From assembly GCA_951406725.2 (NCBI GenBank), contig OX597835.1:38998001-39062000 (forward strand): a stretch of DNA of 64,000 nucleotides, written 5' to 3'. A program made the position numbers and the translations under genes. The DNA comes from Octopus vulgaris (Eukaryota). The notes beneath the pieces were generated by a model. The model had not been told where the DNA came from. It was given only the letters and a program-made list of their open reading frames with translations, and made no database searches. Below, piece after piece: positions 40,665 through 54,567 of this stretch (position 1 is the stretch's first letter; every line of letters starts with the position of its first letter).

Positions 40665-41024
40665 CTAGTAGTAGTAGTACAAGCAGCAGCAGTAGCAGTG
40701 GTAGGAGTTGTGGAAATGTTACTGTTTGTGAGTGTATCTGTAGATAGATCTGTATGTTCCTAACTTCTATATATCTCTCTGTCTATCTCTCACAATCTTG
40801 TCTAGCTTTTTTTCTCTATACATTTATATATCTATTGTAATCTAGATATATTTCTATCTAATATATCCATCTGTCTATCTATTTTTACCTGGACGTCTTA
40901 TTTATTTACACAACTATCGGTCCATATATCCGTTTGCCTCTATATTCGTCAGTCCGTGTACCTATCTGACAGCCAATGTGTCCTGTTTTCCTGTATAAAT
41001 ATATATGTATGTATATATTCATGC

Positions 41025-41091
<67 letters not shown>

Positions 41092-41893
41092 GATCGATCT
41101 ATCTATCTTTCTATCTGTATATGTATTTACGTATGTATGTTTCTATCTGTATGTGTGTCTTACTATCTACCTGGTGGACTCTCAGTTTCTGTCTATCGGA
41201 CCGCCACTATAGTGCGTGTGTACGCTGTGTGCGTGAGTGTGTGTGTGTTTGTGTGTCTGTGTGTATGTGTGTGTGTGTGTGTGTTTGTGTATGTGTGCGT
41301 TTGTTAGTGTGTGTGCGCCTGGTTGGTAATTCCTTCTCCTGTTCAAATCGGTCGATTAGAAAAGAGTTACTAGTTTTGTAAGCTGAAAAGAAATATAACA
41401 ATCGCCTTACAGGAAACAAAACAATACCAGCTACTCTCTTGTAGTTTCCTCCTCCTCCTCCTCTTCCTCCTCTTCTTTCTGCTGTTCCCCCCTCTCTCTC
41501 ACTCTCTCTCTCTCTCTTTACACCATACCCAGACACCTCACCTACTCGGAAGAAGTCAAACAATAAAACGAAATAAATTAGAATAAAATAAAGAAAAAAT
41601 TACAGAGAAAAAAAAATACCCCGCCCTGGTGGCTTGTATAGAGTTGTAAGGAAACGGCGATGGGTATGGAGGTAAGTAGAACAGGGTGGGTGGGAGTTCA
41701 AATGAGGAGGATTCCACTTTCTCTAGGGGAATGTAGAGCTTAACAACCCCCTTTTTTACAATCCGTAGATTATATTTAAATGGGATAATCCACGGTGAAT
41801 ATTCTTGTTTGTCCTCTTTTTTTTGTTTTCTTTTTCTATTTATCTAGATTTGTGTGTGTGTGTGTGCATGAACATACATACATGCATGCATGC

Positions 41894-41930
<37 letters not shown>

Positions 41931-42024
41931 CGCTTGTGTGTGTATGTGTGTTTATGTAACTGAAAGCGTGTGTGTGTTTGTTGTAATCGTTTCGGGTTGT
42001 TGTAGCTTTTGCTTTTCTTAGTTC

Positions 42025-42085
<61 letters not shown>

Positions 42086-42270
42086 AGTCTTCGCAATTTA
42101 TACTGATATTGTTGTTATTGGAGTTGTTGTTTCCAACAATTTTTGTGTGTGTGCAATTACATGTATTACAAAATAAGGATAACTATGAAACCTTTTAAAC
42201 AATTAGGGTGTATATAAGTATATATTTATATACATATATGTGTTTGTATGTACGTTAGTATGATTGTTTG

Positions 42271-42311
<41 letters not shown>

Positions 42312-42744
42312 ACAAGTAGGTATTTAGATAGATTTATAAGTGTATGTATATATACATGTATTACAAAATAATTAAATACTTACACGCAGAAAATATCACA
42401 ATTTATATTTATATATATATATACTCCTTCCACGGTGGTAAAAAAACAAATTCAGAATATATACACATGCTTAGGAGTGTGTGTAATACGGAGGTGTATA
42501 TATTTGTTTATATGTACAAGTAAACACATGAATGCGTGTGTGAGAACAGGCTATATATGTATATATTTACGTATGTATATTTGTGGATGTATATTTTGTA
42601 TATTACAAATAGATGTATATAAATAAATATATTTCTTTTAAAGTATATATGTATGTAAATACAAATGTATGTAAATAAAAATGTGTGTATATATGTAGGT
42701 ATAAACAAATGCGTGTGAATGGGTTTAGTTATATATGAAGATGT

Positions 42745-42822
<78 letters not shown>

Positions 42823-43467
42823 GAATGCAAATGTATGTGTGTTTACGTAAGAGCCTTATTTTTTCTCGCTTTTTTTCTTTTATCTTCTTCCAGACTTTGG
42901 TACCAGTTGGAAAAGCGAGTCACAATGGTAAAAATATCGCAATGAGAATTATTCTGATTATCACAATAAGATGTCTGTTAGTCCGTTTGTTTTCAAAGAT
43001 TTTGTTTCCCTCTTAGCATTCGGCTTTTACAAGGTTCACGACGACAAACAACCAAGTTGATGAAGATGAATTTTGTTAAAAATATTGATAATTAAAATAA
43101 CAATACTTCTTTCTGTATACGATCGTTGCTGTTGTTGTTATTGTTATTGTTGTTGTTGTTGTTCTTGCTGAGGGGATAGTATTAATGTTTAGTATTATTA
43201 ATACTATGGCAGTGGGGGCTTCGAATCACTCACTTCCATCTCCGTACTTCGTGCTAAGATTTTTAAATGACAATTGTGCACACGTTAGTTCTCTCCGCCG
43301 CGTCTGATAATACTCGCAGTGAACTTCTCGTAAAATGAGACACACATGTGCGCACACACATACACACACACTCACACACACACGCTCGCACACGCGTAAG
43401 CACACGCAGGCAGACAAACAGACATAGACAGACACACGGATACAGTTTTATATATATATATAAAAAC

Positions 43468-43541
<74 letters not shown>

Positions 43542-43884
43542 ACACACACACACACACACTTAGAGAAAGAGACACATACAGACAAAGGCATTCACATACA
43601 GTCACATACACATACACATGCACAGGCACTCACACACACACGCAGACTGTTCCCGAAGATAATATTTATTTATATAATTTTATACAAAAACTATATATAC
43701 ATATACATACACATATATATATATATGTGTATGTGTATGTATGTGTGTGTGTGCGTCTATGTATGTATACTTATATATATAATTATATACACACAGGCAC
43801 ACACACGCAGACACACATATACATACATATATATATAAATATTTATAAATATATATATTTATATATGTGTGTATATATGTGTAC

Positions 43885-43923
<39 letters not shown>

Positions 43924-44097
43924 ATCTACGAACATGCGGATATTCATTTAACATTTGTTTAGCAACATATATATATAATTATATATTGTGTGTATGTGTG
44001 TGTGTGTGTGTGTGTGTGCGTTCGTGCGTATGCGCGTGTGTGTTTCTATGCATATTTCTTTGTGTGTATAGATATACATACATACACACTCACACAG

Positions 44098-44132
<35 letters not shown>

Positions 44133-44162
44133 CTCACATACTCACACACGGACACACACACA

Positions 44163-44203
<41 letters not shown>

Positions 44204-44204
44204 A

Positions 44205-44238
<34 letters not shown>

Positions 44239-44627
44239 TAAATACATACATGCGCGCGTACACACACACAAACTCACACACACATAAGCAGTCTAGTTAA
44301 TTCTTGTGCGAAATTTCTATGGAGGTCTGATAAGGTTCTTTTTATATATTATCTATGTCATTACACTCCATACACTCCCTACACTCCCTCTATCCCTCCC
44401 CCTACACTCTCTCCCAATCTAATTCCGAGTATCTTATCGTGTTATTAGTAATAATAATAATAATAATAATTACAATAGTTTTTGTTATCACCCCTGTAAT
44501 TGTTGTTGTTGTTTGTGAATGCTACCGGTAAACATACATTGTGTGTATGTGTATGTGTGAGTGTCTGTGTGTGTGTGTGTGTGAGCGAGTGTGTGTGTGC
44601 GTGAGTGTGTGTGTGTGTGTGTGTAAG

Positions 44628-44679
<52 letters not shown>

Positions 44680-44734
44680 TCTAGATAGATTTATATATAT
44701 AGATAGATATATTGATATATATATATATATATAT

Positions 44735-44771
<37 letters not shown>

Positions 44772-44787
44772 GAGATAGGTAGGTAGG

Positions 44788-44859
<72 letters not shown>

Positions 44860-45254
44860 GAAGAAAAAACACGGGACAAAGAGAAAAGAGAGAGAGAGAG
44901 AAAAGCAGAAAAAATATGAATGTAAATATGACAACATGCTGTATGTATTTACAAGTATGTTTATATATATGTGTGTGTGTACGGTTATGTGTGTGTGTGT
45001 ATATGCGTGTGTGTGTGTGTGCCTATTGGTGTTCGCAGTTTCGAACCTGGTTGGTTTTTGCTTACTTCCTTCTCTTTTCTCTCTTTCTCTTTAGTTTTTT
45101 TCTTTCTATCCTAAGTTCAGTTATAAAAGTCTCATACATAAAAAAAACAACAAATATTGACTTGCTAAAGGATTCAATACATGTGCAGAATTTATAATAT
45201 ACATATATACATGAGCGTGTGCCTCTGTATGTGCGTGTGTGTCGTGTGTGCGTG

Positions 45255-45287
<33 letters not shown>

Positions 45288-46007
45288 AAACTCCTGCTGT
45301 TGTTATTTTTATTGTTGTTAAAGTTTTTTAAACACAATTCAGGATGATGATGATGACGATGATAACGATGATGGTGATGGTGGTGATGGTAGTGGTTAAA
45401 GTGGTGGTGGTGGTGGTGTTGCTGATGCTAATGATGATGACGATGGTGGTAGTGGTGGTGGTGGTGGTGGTGGTGTTGATGATTTATAACAATATGGCAT
45501 CACACACACACACATCGTTGCCACCTACCACCATCACCGCCATCATCTTCACGATCATCACCATCATCATCATCATCATCATCATCCTCAGCACCACCGG
45601 CAGCAACAGCAGCAGTAGCAGCGGCGGAGTTACCACGATGCTTTTTTTCCCATGTCTAACCGTCTATTCTTAACAACAGTCTGTAAAGCTTGTTGATGGA
45701 GGAAACTGTGGGAAAACGAGACGAAGGGCAGACGAGGTTTTATTTGCCTTCCTCTCTCTCTCTTTCCATCTCTCTCTCTCTTTCCCTCTGAAGCACACAC
45801 ACAGACATTTATACATACAAGAGGAGCACACGAACACACACAAATAAACTTTTACAGTGAACCACTAACACAAACACGCACCACGCACACATACACAAAT
45901 ACATATACAAACACATCAATATACACACACACACACACGCACACACAAACACTCATAAACACTCATGGTATTGAGAGCTCTTTATTCCGACAGCCAATGC
46001 TAAACCA

Positions 46008-46043
<36 letters not shown>

Positions 46044-46302
46044 TTGTGTGTGTATTTATATTTATATTTATACATATATATATTTTTATATTTATATACA
46101 TACATATATATGTGTATGTATATGCATTCTCTAGATGTATGTGTGTATGAATACAAAGTACGTATGTATATATACTTGCATACGTATATAAATATATATA
46201 TGTATATGTATGTATGTATGTATATGTGTGTGTGCCCTGGTGTGGGTGTGTATATCTATGTGTGTGTGTGTGTGTGTGTGTAAATATGTATATGTACGCA
46301 TT

Positions 46303-46724
46303 GGCGCAGACGCGGCTGTGTGGTATGATGCTTGCTTCCTAACCACATGGTTCCGGGTTCAGTTCCACTGCGTAGCACCTTGGGGAAGTGTCTTCTATTA
46401 TATATAGTCTCAGGCCGACCAAAGCCTTGTGAGTGGATTTGGTAGACGGAAACTGAAAGAAGCCTGTTGTATATATATATATACATGTATGTGTGTGTGT
46501 GTATGTGTGTATATGTTTGTATCTTTGTGTTTGTCCCTCCCCCACCATCACTTGACAATCCATGTTGGTGTGTTCACGTCCCCGTAACTTAGCGTCTCGG
46601 CAAAATCGACCAATAGAATAAGTACTAGGCTTACAAAGAATAAGTCCTGGGTTAAATTTTTTCAAAGGCGTTGCTCCAGCATGGCCCCAGTCAAATGACT
46701 GAAACAATTAAAAAAATAAAAGAA
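46303..46724 (+). mobile_element. SINE family A, full length
   Basis: Head to tail homology. Confidence 0.9.
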
Positions 46725-46875
46725 TACATACACACATACGTATGGTGTCAATTTTTCATGCGTTTTTTTTTTTAGAACGGAGTGCCGACTTTTATTTATA
46801 TTTTTTTTATTCTTTTACGTATTTCTGTCATTATGGCCATGCAAGAAAGTAAACCCTTCAGGGACTCCATTCGAT

Positions 46876-47095
46876 TACTTGTTTCACTCTTTAGACTGCG
46901 TCCATGCTGGGGCACCACTTCGGAGAATCTCTAGTCGAATGAATCAACTCCATTACTTTCTACTTTTTGTAAAGCCAATACTTATATATTCTATAGGTCT
47001 CTTTTGCCGAACCACTAAGTAACAGGGGTGTAAACACACCAACATCGATTGTCAAACGGTGATTGCGAGACACAGACACAAAGGCACACAAACAC
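46876..47095 (-). mobile_element. SINE family A 3' half, inverted relative to its neighbour
   Basis: ccatgctggggcacc...ttttgccgaaccactaag. Confidence 0.75.
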
Positions 47096-47811
47096 ACACG
47101 CGCGTGCATGTGTGTGTGTGTGTGTGTGTGTGTGTAGTGGATCTTATATGCATGAAGTGGATTCGATCAACCCACGGTGGCACAATGGTTTTTCTCTGAC
47201 AGCAGTTTTACATTTTCCAGATGCCTTTAGCTAGGCCGAAATAATGTTTTTTACCATTTGACCCTTTCTAACCTCTTCTACTTCACCAAAAGCTAGAATA
47301 GAGATAACAAGACCACCAACTAAATCTATAGTACTCAATGATATGTCTATCCTTCTGGATAATTATAAAAGCAAGCGCACCCCAAGCAAAAATCAGTTAG
47401 TCACAGTCGGTGACGACTCAACGTGTTAGTCACTTCGATGACAACAAAGTCTGACCGACCAACCTTGGTCAGAGGGAGAAATGAAGTTTACTGTCAGCAA
47501 CTGTGAGACAACGTCCCACAACCCTACAACTTTCACTAGCTCTAATTCTGTTCTCTTACAATATCATTCTATTTCTCTCTGCAATTACTACTAAACAATG
47601 AAGAGAACACAAACACAAACTTTACTTTGCATGCTTTTGGATGTATCATAACCTGCCCGTCGAGGCAAGGTATTTTTAACGTAATGGTAAATATATATTT
47701 CCTTAAAACTTCATGCATTGTCCATCTTTCACATTCTACAGTAAGCAATTATAACAGCTTTTTATCGTCACAACTGCTGACTCAGACATCTCATAATGAT
47801 GTTTACTAATA

Positions 47812-47983
47812 AACTTCTCCCGCTCCTCTGTCTTCCCTTCTCTGGATCTTTCCTTCTCCTATGTTTCCGACGAAGAGCTCCGCTCGAAAAGTTAAACCCT
47901 CCTTCTTTCCTTCCTTCCTGAGCGTCCAATAATACTATATTTGTTCCACGTCCTCGCGTTGTGTTTTTTTGTGTTGTTTGGAT

Positions 47984-47988
<5 letters not shown>
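47812..47988 (+). mobile_element. Short hammerhead-bearing repeat
   Basis: gttt-CCGACGA-A-gagc-tcc-gctc-GAAAA-GTT-aaac at 47863-47897 (position 15.2 mutated); ends in (TA)n. Confidence 0.55.
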
Positions 47989-48032
<44 letters not shown>

Positions 48033-48130
48033 CGGAGATGTACTTTTTGTGCGTGGAAGGTTTTTCATTTAAGAAACACCAAAGTTGTTTCTTGTTTGGA
48101 TTAACTTTTGTTTTAATTTACCTTCCACGT

Positions 48131-48208
<78 letters not shown>

Positions 48209-48210
48209 GT

Positions 48211-48559
48211 GGAGGCGATATGGCCCAGTGGTTAGACCAGCGGACATCACGTTTTCGATTCCCAGACCGGGCGTTGTGAATGTTTATTGAACGAAAACAC
48301 CTAAAGCTCTACGAGGCTCCGGCAGGGTGTGGTGTCGAACCCTGCTGTACTCTTTCACCACATCTTTCTCTCACTCTTTCTTCTTGTTTCTGCGGTACCT
48401 GTACTTCGAAGGGTCAGCCTTGTCACAATCTGTGTCATGCTAAATCTCCCTGAGAACTTCATTAAAAGTACACGTGTCTGTGGAGTGCTCAGCCACTTGC
48501 ACGTTCATTTCACGAACAGGCTGTTCCGTTGATCGGATCGACTGGAACCCTCGTCGTCG
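48211..48559 (+). mobile_element. SINE family B, near full length
   Basis: tRNA-like A/B boxes; the 3' part matches 10008-10118. Confidence 0.8.
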
Positions 48560-48572
48560 TACATATACATAC

Positions 48573-48785
48573 ACGACGGGCTTCTTTCAGTTTCCGTCAA
48601 CCAAATCCACTCACAAAGTTTTCATCAGCCCGAATTATAATAGAAGACTACTGCCCATCAAATCCACTCACAAGGCTTTGGTCAGCCTGAGGCTATAGAA
48701 GAAGACACTTGCTTTAAGATGCCACGCGGTGGAACTGAAGCCGGAATCATGCGGTTTGGAAGCAAACTTCTTACCATATAGCCAT
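48573..48785 (-). mobile_element. SINE family A 5' half with internal duplication
   Basis: caaatccactcacaa occurs twice. Confidence 0.8.
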
Positions 48786-49152
48786 ATAACAAGATAATAA
48801 AACAATTGATGTACGTTTTCCTTTTTACTATACACCCGTAATTAAATCTATGATGTTAGAATAATAACTTTAACTAAATGCATTGTTTTATTCAGCTTTC
48901 AGATGTACGTTCCGTAGATTGTTGAAGTGAATATAACAAAAGAATATCGGAGAAGTAATTATGTTTCATTGGAATTTAGATACGCATGGATTTTACTTGG
49001 GTTTCTAAGCATTGGTGAACAATTATGCTATCTCATTCAAAATACCCATCTTTCAGTACATACGTACACATACGCTCGCACACGCATGATTATCTGTACA
49101 CACGCGCACAAACACATAAAGAGAGATACATACAAATAGATGCATAGATACA

Positions 49153-49203
<51 letters not shown>

Positions 49204-49366
49204 TGACAGGAGATTAAAATTATTATGCTGCAGAAAATATTTTCCAATATTTTCAAACCCTTATGCATACCTCACAGAAATATAACAACTACATAAGTAT
49301 TAGGAATACAGGAATACGCAGAAGTGCTTCAAGAGGACACAGCTTATATTTTAACCCTATCAATAT

Positions 49367-49416
<50 letters not shown>

Positions 49417-49752
49417 GTCTATGTATGTACTCATGCATACCTATATCTATTTGTGTGTGTAGGTGCGTGAAAATGTATATAATATCCATATATGCATGCT
49501 TCCATTTATTTGTAATTTATCTTTACAGAAAAGAGCGCATTGCTGTGGTCGTGTTTGCGCAGGTTATCAGTATAAAAGGATGCGTTCGGTAATGGGAGCC
49601 TTCTTCAGTTCAAAAATAGGAACAAGAATAACGATTGAACTTTTACTTTGGAAAACATTTAATAAGCCAAAGATATTTCGGGTAAAACAACTCCTTATCA
49701 AATTCTAAGTACAACCGTAGGTCGTCTAACTTGGTTGTTGAGCGTAGCATAA

Positions 49753-49975
49753 CGCCGATAGCTGGCAGAAACGTTAGCACCCCGGGCGAAATGCGTAGCC
49801 GTGTTTCGTCTGCCGTTTCGTTCTGAGTTCAAATTCTGTCGAGGTCGACTTTGCCCTTCATCCTTTCGGGGTCGATTAAATAAGTACCAATTACGCACTG
49901 GGGTCGATATAATCGACTTAATCCCTTTGTCTGTCCTTGTTTGTCCCCTCTGTGTTTAGCCCCTTGTAAAGAAAT
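49753..49975 (+). mobile_element. SINE family C
   Basis: gctggcagaaacgttagc...gagttcaaatt...cctttcggggtcg. Confidence 0.85.
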
Positions 49976-50009
49976 AGATATTAGATGTCACTTCACGCGC
50001 ACACACACA

Positions 50010-50050
<41 letters not shown>

Positions 50051-50289
50051 ACACACACTCACTCATGCACACATGAATACACATGTGTCCCTTTAAATCA
50101 AGCAGTACAGCTGGGTGGGGAGTGAGTTACTGGAAAAGGTCGTCCGAAGAGTTCCAAGATATTTTAACAGAAAAGAATGAAATAGGCAAAACCTCCATCT
50201 TAGGATGTAGAATGTGCTTACGTTGGTACAAGGGAAGAAAAAAAGTGAAACCTTTCCTCTCCAGAGTGAATACTTCACTGGGAAACCTT

Positions 50290-50630
50290 TGCGTGGTAAG
50301 AGACTTGCTTCCCAATCACACGGTCCCGGGTTCAGTCCCACTGCGTGGCACCTCGAGCAAATGTCTTCTTCAGAAGCCTCGAGCCGACCAAAGCCTTGTG
50401 AATAGTTTTCGTAGATGGAAGCTGAAAGACACCCATTGTATATATACGTGTGTGTGCGTCCGCGTGTCTGTGTATGTGTGTCTGTGTGTGTGTGTGTGTG
50501 TTTGTATTTGTGCCCTCCTACCGCTTGGCAACCGATCTTGCTGTGTTTACGTCTCTATTACTTAGCATTTTGGCAATAGAAACCGACAGAATTTGTACAA
50601 GGTTTTCAAAAAAAATAGTGGGGTCGATTC
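50290..50630 (+). mobile_element. SINE family A
   Basis: ccgggttcagtcccactgcgtggcacc head plus body. Confidence 0.8.
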
Positions 50631-50689
50631 GTAGTAGAAACAACAAAAAAACAGTATCAAATAATGAATAGAATATAGCCAGCCATGGT

Positions 50690-51730
50690 ACCAGCTTTCA
50701 TGGAGTAATCATGGGTTATTCCTTAGACCCCAATGCTTGTAACTTTTCACGTAGGCACAATGGAAATAAATGTGAAGCGAAAAAAATATACAAATGATAT
50801 TCTAGAGATATGTGGACGATAGATTCATCGTACTGGAAACACTGGAAGATATTTGGAAGTTGGAGAAAAAAAATCTAGGAAATAACTCCATTGTAAAATT
50901 AACCATCGAACGCAGTACGAACAAAATTCCTTGCAATACAAGATTCCATTTCCAAAGAATATATCGAACTTGTCACGTCTGTTTAAAGTAAAGCTGCGAA
51001 TGAATGCACATTCTCACACGGAGACCGCTTATATCCACTGAGATAGAAAATGTTAGAGTTTATCTCCCGGCACAGAAGAGCGTTTACTTTCTCCTCCACA
51101 AACAAAACACCAAATAAAAAAAACAAGATGGAGATGAAACAAGCATTAATTAGCGACGGTTATTGTAACAAAACAAATAAACTTAAGTCGTAGCATAATA
51201 ACAAATATAATTACCACGAAATAATTATATCGGGTACCACACCTATCCAAAATACATAAACCACGCAATGTGTAATGTAGCAATCAAATGTGAAACAGCT
51301 ACAGACGACATGAACACATTATCAGAACATCCTATAAAACATAACACCAAATGTATTATTGTACTAAACCATATATTAGTCGTAATAATATACTAGAACC
51401 ATCTTTTCAGTAGCCATAAACAAATAAATCCGAGAACAAGCTACTAATGACCAATGAGATGAATAAATTCGATTAAAACTGTGGATGATATAAAAGCCAA
51501 GATTTTATTTATTGCATTGGCAATACAAAAGTGACCCTCTTCCGTTGGATTGCTATGCGCTTACAATAGAGGGCAGCCGTTACACACTACAACCTGTAAC
51601 ACGAAATAAAATTAAACGTGATCTCACTGGTGAAAAAACACATCTCCGTAGAATTCCCTAAAAAAGTCAGATGGTTAAATGATGGAAACAATATTCAAAA
51701 AGAGGAACACTACCAAAATAAACACAAAAA
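50690..51730 (+). mobile_element. Decayed Penelope-like retroelement ORF relic (RT plus GIY-YIG endonuclease)
   Basis: Translated fragments in Penelope order: GVIMGYSLDP (50702; cf. GxxMGSPLxP), RYVDDRFIV (50806), KLTIERSTNKIP (cf. KFTxExExxxxLPFLD), TSV*SK (cf. TxVYRK), CIGNTKVTLFRWIAMRLQ (51513; cf. YIGxTxxxLxxR), ETIF...KINTK (cf. EaxxI...PxiN). Many stops and frameshifts. Confidence 0.75.
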
Positions 51731-51822
51731 CATGTACTGCAACCAAAAATAAGCTATTGACTTGCGACGGAAAAGTCTATCACTCAAAATTCAAATTCCA
51801 GTGATAATCTCTACATCACTCG

Positions 51823-52225
51823 TATTCTTTTCGACTGTAGGTACAAGTCCTGAAATTTTGAGGGAGAGGGCCAGTCGATTAGATCGACCCCAGCACGCAA
51901 CTCATACTTATTTAATCGACCCCGAAAGGATGAAAAGCAAAGTCGACTTCGGCGGAAGTTGAAATCAGAACGTACAGATAGACGAAATACCCATTTCTTT
52001 ATTGCCCACAAGGGGTTAAGCACAGAGGGGACAAACAAGGATAGATAAAGGGATCAAGTCGATTACATCGACCCCAGTGCATAACTGGTTCTTTATTTAT
52101 CGACCCCGAAAGGATGAAAGGCAAAGTCGACCTCGGCGGAATTTGAACTCAAAACGTATAGTGGCAAACGAAATACCGCTAAGCATTTCGCCCGGCGTGC
52201 TAACGTTTTTGCCAAATCGCCGCCC
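51823..52225 (-). mobile_element. Two tandem SINE family C copies with different 3' tails
   Basis: cgaccccgaaaggatgaaa.gcaaagtcgac occurs at ~51917 and ~52101. Confidence 0.85.
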
Positions 52226-52637
52226 TCTTAATGTAGATATACTGTTGAAAGCCACAAAACCGCTGTATTAGTCTTGAGCAAACATCTCCCCTTAAATTAT
52301 CGATCCTGAAATTAATTAGATATAAAGATTGACTTTCGTTTTCAACTCAAGATTTCATCCTAAATTTGAACTCAGACCTCAGAGCTCTAGGCCATATACC
52401 ACGTCATTTATCCAAACTTTCTAATGACACTACCAATAAAAGTAGCCGTCACTAGCAAGCGGGTATGTTTTGCTAGTATATACTATGATTGCACTAATTG
52501 TTTTAGATACCTGGATAGACGTAAATACCTCCTCGATCCCACAGCCTTGACCCAGCGAAACATCTAGAAAATGATCCGGGTTGCATCAGTGCCAGGCTGG
52601 ATCTTATTTTCCAATTGAGAAGTGCCTTATTTATGAT

Positions 52638-52936
52638 ACGAGGCGTCGCCCGGTCCAAGATTCGAAACCACCACCTCATGTTCACGAACCTAACACCCCA
52701 AAAAATACGCTTCACACATTCAGAGCGACTCAGTTGAAGAATGTCCTGTTCATACACGACGCGTCACCCGGTCCAAGAATGGAAACCACGACCTCATACT
52801 CGTGAACCTAACATCCTAACCAATACGCCTCGCTGGGGAGCACTTGTTCAAGATACGACGAGCCGCCCGGGCCAAGAGTCGAAACCACAACCTCGTGTTT
52901 AGGAACCTAACACCCTAACCACTAAGACTCGCACCT
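52638..52936 (-). repeat. Three tandem degenerate tRNA-like SINE heads
   Basis: cccgg.ccaaga...gaaaccac.acctc...gaacctaaca repeats at ~100-118 bp spacing. Confidence 0.7.
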
Positions 52937-53516
52937 TTACAACTACTCTGACAAGTCACTCCTTTTCTGTCGGTTTAATATAAAATTAATTAAAAGAAAA
53001 AAGGAAACAAAATTTAATCTAATTATATTGGAAAATGAGAAATCGATATTGAATATTGTTTGGAGGCCAGTAGAACACTGCACTGAATGCCCTGTGGCGC
53101 TTAATTTAGAGTTCTATACTTGCATACTTTATGTTCTGAGATCGAATCTTCCCGAAGTCATCTTTGCCTTTCCACTCACTAAACTATCAGAAAGAAATTG
53201 AGGCCCGAACTTGAACTAATCCACCCCAACACACCTCATCTCCTTCCCTGCCACCGTACCGAAATTTATGGGGGTTTTGAGGCTTATAACAAAAAATCGA
53301 TATAATTGCATTTTTATAATCTGCCAATGTCAGAAAATCAATCAATATTAAGTGTGGTTAATTAGCGAAATCTTAGATTATTAAAGACAATACCTTGCAG
53401 TACTGCGGTATCTGGTTACGGACGTTTATTTTCAAATCCCGTCGATGACTTCTTTTTTTTATTTTATCGATCTCCAATTATTCTGAAGGTTGAAAAATTG
53501 AGTAGCAATCAATATA

Positions 53517-54308
53517 GGGGCAGGTGTGGCTGTGTGGGTAAGAAGTTTTTTTCTGAACCATGTGGTTTTGGGATTCAGTCTCACAGGGCAGCACCTTGGG
53601 CAAGTGCTTTCTGCTATAGCACCGAGCCCACCAAAGCTTTTTGAGCGGATTTGATAAACAGAAACAAAAAAAATGGAAGAAGTTCTTTGTATGCGTGTGT
53701 GTAGTTTTTGTGATTGTATTTTGTTTGTTGCTACACCGCTTCACAACCGGTGTTTGTCTTTTTACGTTCCCGTAAATTAGCGGTCCGACAGAGTTATACG
53801 ATAGAGTAAGTACAAACTTCGAACCGTTCAAGGCAACACTTCAGAATGACCGCAATCCAATGACTGAAACAAGTATAAGAAACAAGATAGTTATCTATTA
53901 CTTGTTTTAGTTAGTAAACTGCGGCCATGCTGGGACACCGCCTTGAATTTTTTTCTTTTAGTCGAATGAATCGACTCCAGGACTTATTCCTTGTAATCCT
54001 AGTATTTATTCTATCGGTATCTTTTCCCGAAACGCTAAGCTACAGGAACACAAACACATTAACACCGGTTGTCAAGGCAACACTTCAGAATGACCGCACA
54101 TAGATGCACACACGCACTGAAACAAGTATACACGCACACGTATAGATAGTATATCTATCAGGCTTGTTTCAGTTTCCGTCCATCAAATCCACTCACAAGG
54201 ATTTAGTCGACCCGAGGCTATAGTAGAAGACATTTGCCCAAGATGCTATGCAGTGGGACTGAACCTGGAACCTTGTAGTTGGAAAGCAAGCTTCTTAACA
54301 CACACCCA
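53517..54308. mobile_element. Tail-to-tail pair of SINE A copies (+ 53517-53880; - 53897-54308)
   Basis: Both heads and both tails are recognisable. Confidence 0.85.
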
Positions 54309-54345
54309 CGAATGGAATGATAGCTGAAGACTAAGATAAAATATA

Positions 54346-54567
54346 TATTTCTTTACTACCCACAAGAGGCTAAACACAGAGAGGACAAACGAGGACAGAC
54401 AAACGGATTAAGTCGATTATATCGACCCCAGTGCGTAACTGGTACTTAATTTATCGATCCCGAAAGCAAAGTCGACCTCGGCGGAATTTGAATTCAGAAT
54501 GCAGCGGTGGACGAAATACCGCAAAGCATTTCGCCCGGCGTGCTAACGTTTCTGCCAGCTCGCCGCC
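54346..54567 (-). mobile_element. SINE family C with 38 bp flanking direct repeat
   Basis: 54308-54345 matches 54571-54608 with 2 mismatches. Confidence 0.9.

Noticed and set aside
49580-49615. Minus-strand CTGAAGAAGG...CCGAAC
   Set aside because: GAAA is incomplete and the helices are weak; at best a decayed relic.
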